From: Marsupella aquatica
Lineage: Eukaryota; Plantae; Marchantiophyta
Length of the DNA: 64,000 nucleotides
Direction: 5' to 3'
Assembly (NCBI GenBank): GCA_973895155.1
Contig: OZ316898.1
Coordinates: 6,063,079 to 6,127,078 of the forward strand
Each line of letters starts with the position of its first letter. Within the stretch, counting starts at the first letter, position 1. The position numbers were made by a program, and so were the translations under genes. The notes under the pieces are model-generated. The model was not told where the DNA came from, did no database searches, and was given only the letters and a program-made list of their open reading frames with translations. Shown here in pieces: positions 59,222 to 64,000 of the stretch.

Positions 59222-61950
59222 GAGGTCGGGTATAAGGGGGGCTTTACAAGATTCACGGAGACTAGTCCCTGTTTTGTCATTAAATGCACCTGGGTTCTCC
59301 CCCACACCCCACCGGAAGACTCTCCTCATTTTTGTGTCCCAATTCAGTTTCAGGCCAGCCTTTTTGGGTTCCCTCGTTGCCCTTGCCCATCCCATGCCTG
59401 GGCAGCCCTTAAAATCACACCCTTCCTGCCCAACACCCCACCTGAAGACTCTCCTCATTTTTGTGTCACAAGTCAGTTTCAGGCCAACCTTTTTGGGTTC
59501 CCTCGTTGCCCCTGCCCATCCCAGGCCTGGGCAGCCCTTAAAACCAGCATGGGCAGCCCTTAAAACCCCACCCTTCCTGCTGCTGACTGTTTGTTGAGTA
59601 GGGGTGGTGAACAAAGTTGCCATGACACGAAGGAGTGTTTATGGCAAGCATCTACTCTTTCCCTTATCCCCTTTCTATGTCTTTCCCCAATTTCTCCAAA
59701 GAATAGTCTTCCGTGAACTTTAGTAAGGTGAACCAGTGGTTTGGGTGAAATCCGGGTGCCTCGCCGATGCTATTTGGGTGCTATTTTTTTAAATTTGTTT
59801 TTTGCAGTTAAATCAAGTGGCCCTTAAACAATTCTTTGATGCTATTTTGCCAAAAACCTTTGTGGAATTATTCATGTTAGACTTGAGCATTTCGTTGGTG
59901 TTATTTTTGTGAAAGTTTTTTTCAGATGTGAGCACCAAGCTAGAGCATTTCAGGCAATTTACACAATGTCACTTAAATGGTAATTTTTATTGTTTAGCTT
60001 AGTACACAATGCACTAATTGAATTCTCAAGGCATCATAAAAATGAGCATTAGGATGCACATAGTAACAAATGTAAAAGCAGTTATATGACCTTAAAATTT
60101 GAGCTCAATGTTGGTGAAACAACCACAAAATTAACTATCAAAATCATATCACAATTCACGTCTCTATGTTTACTCAAAGTGACACAAAAAGAACTTGGTG
60201 TGTTTAGGAAATACTCACATTGGACTCCTTTTTTTGGCAAAATAGCATCAAAGAATTTTTTTTAATCACACATGATTTATTTTCAGAAAACAAATTTTAA
60301 AAAATAGTACCCAAAACCATTGACTCGCCTTACTAAAGTTCAGGTAAGACTATGCTTTGGATAAATACTTTCAGGTGTGAGTACTGCCAAAAAATTTGAG
60401 ATGGAATAACTAAAGAGAGTAAATATTAGGTACCTTAAAGTAGTACTTACCTTGCACAAGTATTTCAAAACATGAAAAAAAATGAATATGGGAGTGACAA
60501 GGGCTAAATACTTTGTACATATGTTATCTATTTATTTTAAGCAAGTGTACACTTAAAAATTGCTTCTAGAGAGTACATTTGGTGAACTGATATAGATAAT
60601 TGTAGGATTATGTTACAATTAAAAATGCAGAAAATAATCACTGACACAGATCATGAGAAAGGGTTGCAGGGACAAGGGCCCCATTAAGTATATTTGAAAA
60701 GTGAGGGGCTAGTCATGATTATCTTTACCTATAGGGGACCCATCAAGTATTTTGCCGGCGCTTTTTGTGATCGTTTAGTTTCTGCCGTGAAATCCCTTTC
60801 TTTGTCTTTTCTCAACTCCATTTCTCAACCAAACCAGACTTTTTGACATCCTTTGATTCATGCCAGAAATTTTTGTCTGTAGGGTTGTAGTTATTTTAGT
60901 CATTTTTGCAGTTGTTTGGACTCGGGCTTATTTTGGCTCTTTAATCTTACAGAGGTTAGGCTAATGTTTTCACCCCTTTATTGAGTCACTTGCCTTTGGT
61001 ATCCTGTTTCCTGGTTTGACAATTTTTGTTCTTTGGAAATGTCACATATACATTCTCCTTCAACCAGATAGTTCTTTTCTGGAATCTGAGATAATTTTGT
61101 TCCTACAAAAGAGACCTCAATGCAACCACACTCAATGCTGAGAGGAATTCCTGCCTGAAAAAAATTATATTTGTAGGGAGGGTTTAGTTCTTCTTGCAAT
61201 TGGTGACTACTCTCGCCTTATTTGGCTCTTTGGTCTTGGGTTTTATTTCCATGTTTCAAACTTTCAAAATACAGTCAGAAAAATCTGACGAATGGCCAGA
61301 GAGCGGGCCAGAGAAGCCATTATTTAAAATAAAAATATATAAATAAAAATAAAAATAAATAAATAAAGGGGTTACCAAAAAGGGCGAGGATTTAAAGGCT
61401 GCCCAAGCATGGGATGGGCAGGGGCAGCCAGGGGACCCAAAAAGGCTGGCCTGAAAAAAGCTGGACACAAAAACGAGGAGAGTCTTCCGGTGAGGTGTGG
61501 GGGAAAACCAAGATGCATTTAATGACAAAACAGGGACTCGTCTCCCTGAATTTTACAAGATGGTGGGGGCCGTTCACTCTCTCTTCATCCAGAGCAAAGC
61601 TGATGGCCATTTCATTCCACAAAAGTTAAAATGCCTGAGCCAAAATGTGTCAGGTTTGGAAGTAATCAATGCAATTTACTTAAAACAAACGGCCATTTGT
61701 TCCATGTTTTTAGACCACCTCAAGAGGAGGTCTAAGTTTTTGACAAAAAAGCTTGCACACCTCACCAAAAAAAGGGACCCACAAGGGGCCCACTGACAAA
61801 TGACTAGGTTCGGTAATGCTTTTTGTTCATTGTGCCCCCAAGTTCATATAAAGTGAAGTGTGGCCAGTTCCCACATATGAATGGCTAAGATTGCATCTTT
61901 CACTTAGAAAAAATGGAATGGCTGCCCCCAAGTTCTTGTAAAGCCCCCCT
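59222..61950. mobile_element. Large long-TIR non-autonomous element with nested insertions
   Basis: The left arm 59222-59415 (GGGGGGCTTTACAAGA..GTCCCTGTTTTGTCATTAAATGCA...GGCAGCCCTTAAA), partly duplicated at 59430-59545, is inverted to 61390-61550 plus 61933-61950 (TCTTGTAAAGCCCCCCTA). The right arm is split by a ~380-bp insert. Confidence 0.75.
59696..60360. mobile_element. Nested long-TIR MITE inside the 59.2-61.9 kb element
   Basis: CCAAAGAATAGTCTTCCGTGAACTTTAGTAAGG...AATTCTTTGATGCTATTTTGCCAAAAA is inverted to TTTTTGGCAAAATAGCATCAAAGAATT...CCTTACTAAAGTTCAGGTAAGACTATGCTTTGG. Confidence 0.8.
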
Positions 61951-63009
61951 AAGTCTACTCTCGAAGTGTCTGTATTATGATGCATCTTTGATTATTTTCT
62001 ACCTTGAGGTTGGAGTCCATCACTAATTTGAAGGTTGGCTCTCGTAAGGAGCGTCTGCTGACAGGAGCATGAGCCTTGTTCCTTATCTCATTCTGAGGAC
62101 ACCATTAATGGCGGTGGTGGTGTCTTCAAATTAGTAAGGTGTAGAGTATCGCCTAAAGTCCTGGCCAGTCCTTTGTAGGGTTGTTGAAGCTGGTAGGACA
62201 GTCGGTGTCTGGTTTCCATTTGAGTTATGGACGTTTTGACTAACGAAGGTGGTTCTAGGGCCTCACCCACTAGGGGACCGAACTCTGGTCTAATGTAGGT
62301 TCGAGACGTATTGCTTCATTCATTCATTCAATTGACTTGGGTTTTTCCTCGTCTATGATCCGATCCTTGGACGGTGGCTCTATGCTTTTTGCTCCACAGT
62401 GTACTAACCGACCAGAAGGAGCCACCGGTGGTGGAATTTTGTCGTTTTCAATTTTGACGGTAAAATGATTTGAACGTCATTGTTTTGTGTGGAAGTCTGG
62501 CCACCACCCCACCAGTTGACCTTGAAGTTTGAACCTGCTGAAAATTGCTGGACTGAATTTCAATAAAACCAGCATTGTAACTCATTAAATCAAGGTGCAT
62601 TTTAAAAGCCATTCATTTTTACCTAAATCTTACTTGGAAATGCTTTGGCAACAAAACACAAAGGAAAGACTGAGATGTCTCCTCAATAGGCTAAATCCTT
62701 TAGTCACCAGATCTAGTGATTCTTGTTAAATCTAGGGAAATCAAATGGTTCAATTATACACTTCAAACACTTAACAACAAGAATTACTTTTAAGGAAAGA
62801 AGAGAACTTACTGTTACACTCCTCTGCAAAAATGAGCAAGGAAAGAAAAAGAAATCACCGTTTACACCAGCATTCTTCTTAGTGACTGAAATTGACTAGA
62901 TTCCACATCTTTCAAGTGTCTTTGCGGATTTCAGCAAAAATGGCCACTTTTATTGTCTTCCTTTATTTAGCCAGTTTCCCACTTAGCTACAAACCCCATT
63001 AGCCATCTA

Positions 63010-63172
63010 TGGGGTATCCTTAATGGGACCCCAAAGTGAAATGTGTTACTTGATTGGACCCCTGAAGTTTTGGGTACTTTAATTTATGGTCTATCATCAT
63101 CAATTAATGGTCTAAATACTCAGGGGTATCAAATCACACTTTTCATTTTGAGATCCTATCAATCAAATACCT
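63010..63172. mobile_element. Diverged copy of the 32195-32353 MITE family
   Basis: GACCCCAAAGTGAAATGTGTTACTTGATTGGACCCCT matches 32214-32250, and an inverted right arm is present. Confidence 0.65.
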
Positions 63173-64000
63173 CCTCCTTTAATACAATGAGATTGGATCA
63201 TTGAATTGGGGAAAGAAACATACAATGACCAGGATGAGACAGGCATGAAAACACAACCTATGCTAACCAGGCCCTTGACCAAAGGCTCATCTTTAAAAAA
63301 ATGAATAAAATATACTTCACTTATGTCATCGATGAGAGTGTCTTGTTGATACCGGATGAGGGGGTGGATGGATCAAGGGTCTAGACCAGCAGTCGAGATG
63401 TCTCAATCTTCACTTTGGATATTCTAAAATCTTATAAAACAATGATTTATGTTTCTATGATAGATTATTCTTAGAAGTTTTGTTACAAATACCTATGATT
63501 GAACCCGGATTGAACCATTGTCCTTATTTATGGCAGTGGAAAATGGGCTTTCTTATATGAATAGGGTCAAAGAAAATTAATAAACCTTTCAAGGAAAGAA
63601 AATTAATAAACCATATCATTTTTATTTTTATTTTGTTTAAAAAAATATAACAACTCCAAGGCATCATTCATTTTGTTTGTTTGGAAAACTGATTTAAACA
63701 AAAATACAGATTTATGGTAGAAACTAATCCAATTGAAAAGGCCCACCTTAAATGGAAATATAAACACATTGAAAACAAGTGAAATAGTATAGAAGTCCAG
63801 TGTTGCAGTCCATTATAGAAGTCCATTGTATTGCAGTCCATATGTATTGCAAATAAAAGTATATTGGGGCCGTTTTGGGGGCCCCCATCACCTAGCTAAA
63901 CATAGTTTAGCCAATAAGTGGGCCTGAAAAGTCATAGCAGTATGTTCCTACACATCCTGACCGAGGGAGCAAAGAAGGGTCAATGGGTGGACACACAGAT

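Noticed and set aside
59204-59623. ORFs with duplicated peptides on both strands
   Set aside because: They lie within the duplicated TIR arm of a non-autonomous element and have no transposase motifs.

Overview
Eukaryotic nuclear DNA from a land plant. A bryophyte, probably a liverwort, is inferred from the Lhca3 sequence, GT-AG introns and the CRE- and L1-type retroelements; the organism cannot be proven from the window. Three genes are well supported. (1) A very large multi-exon + strand gene (~1.5-14.3 kb or further) has a ~6.9 kb low-complexity exon followed by small exons encoding three IQ-like motifs and a basic 'PFLKRKS..QKLDWSKVK' motif. (2) An intronless photosystem I antenna gene, Lhca3, lies at 20007-20879. 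(3) An intronless SUVH-type SRA/YDG protein at 38072-40177 stops before any pre-SET/SET domain and has an altered pocket loop, an N-terminal SIM-like motif and a duplicated 5' region. The rest is repeat-rich intergenic DNA. It holds a CRE-clade RLE retrotransposon 3' fragment, a 5'-truncated L1 LINE with a 15-bp target-site duplication, many long-TIR/foldback and MITE-like elements (some nested), minisatellites, a very AT-rich block and several decayed ORFs. No rRNA, tRNA or CRISPR features were found. The best novelty candidates are the SET-less SRA reader and the giant IQ protein. Both need homology searches that could not be run here.
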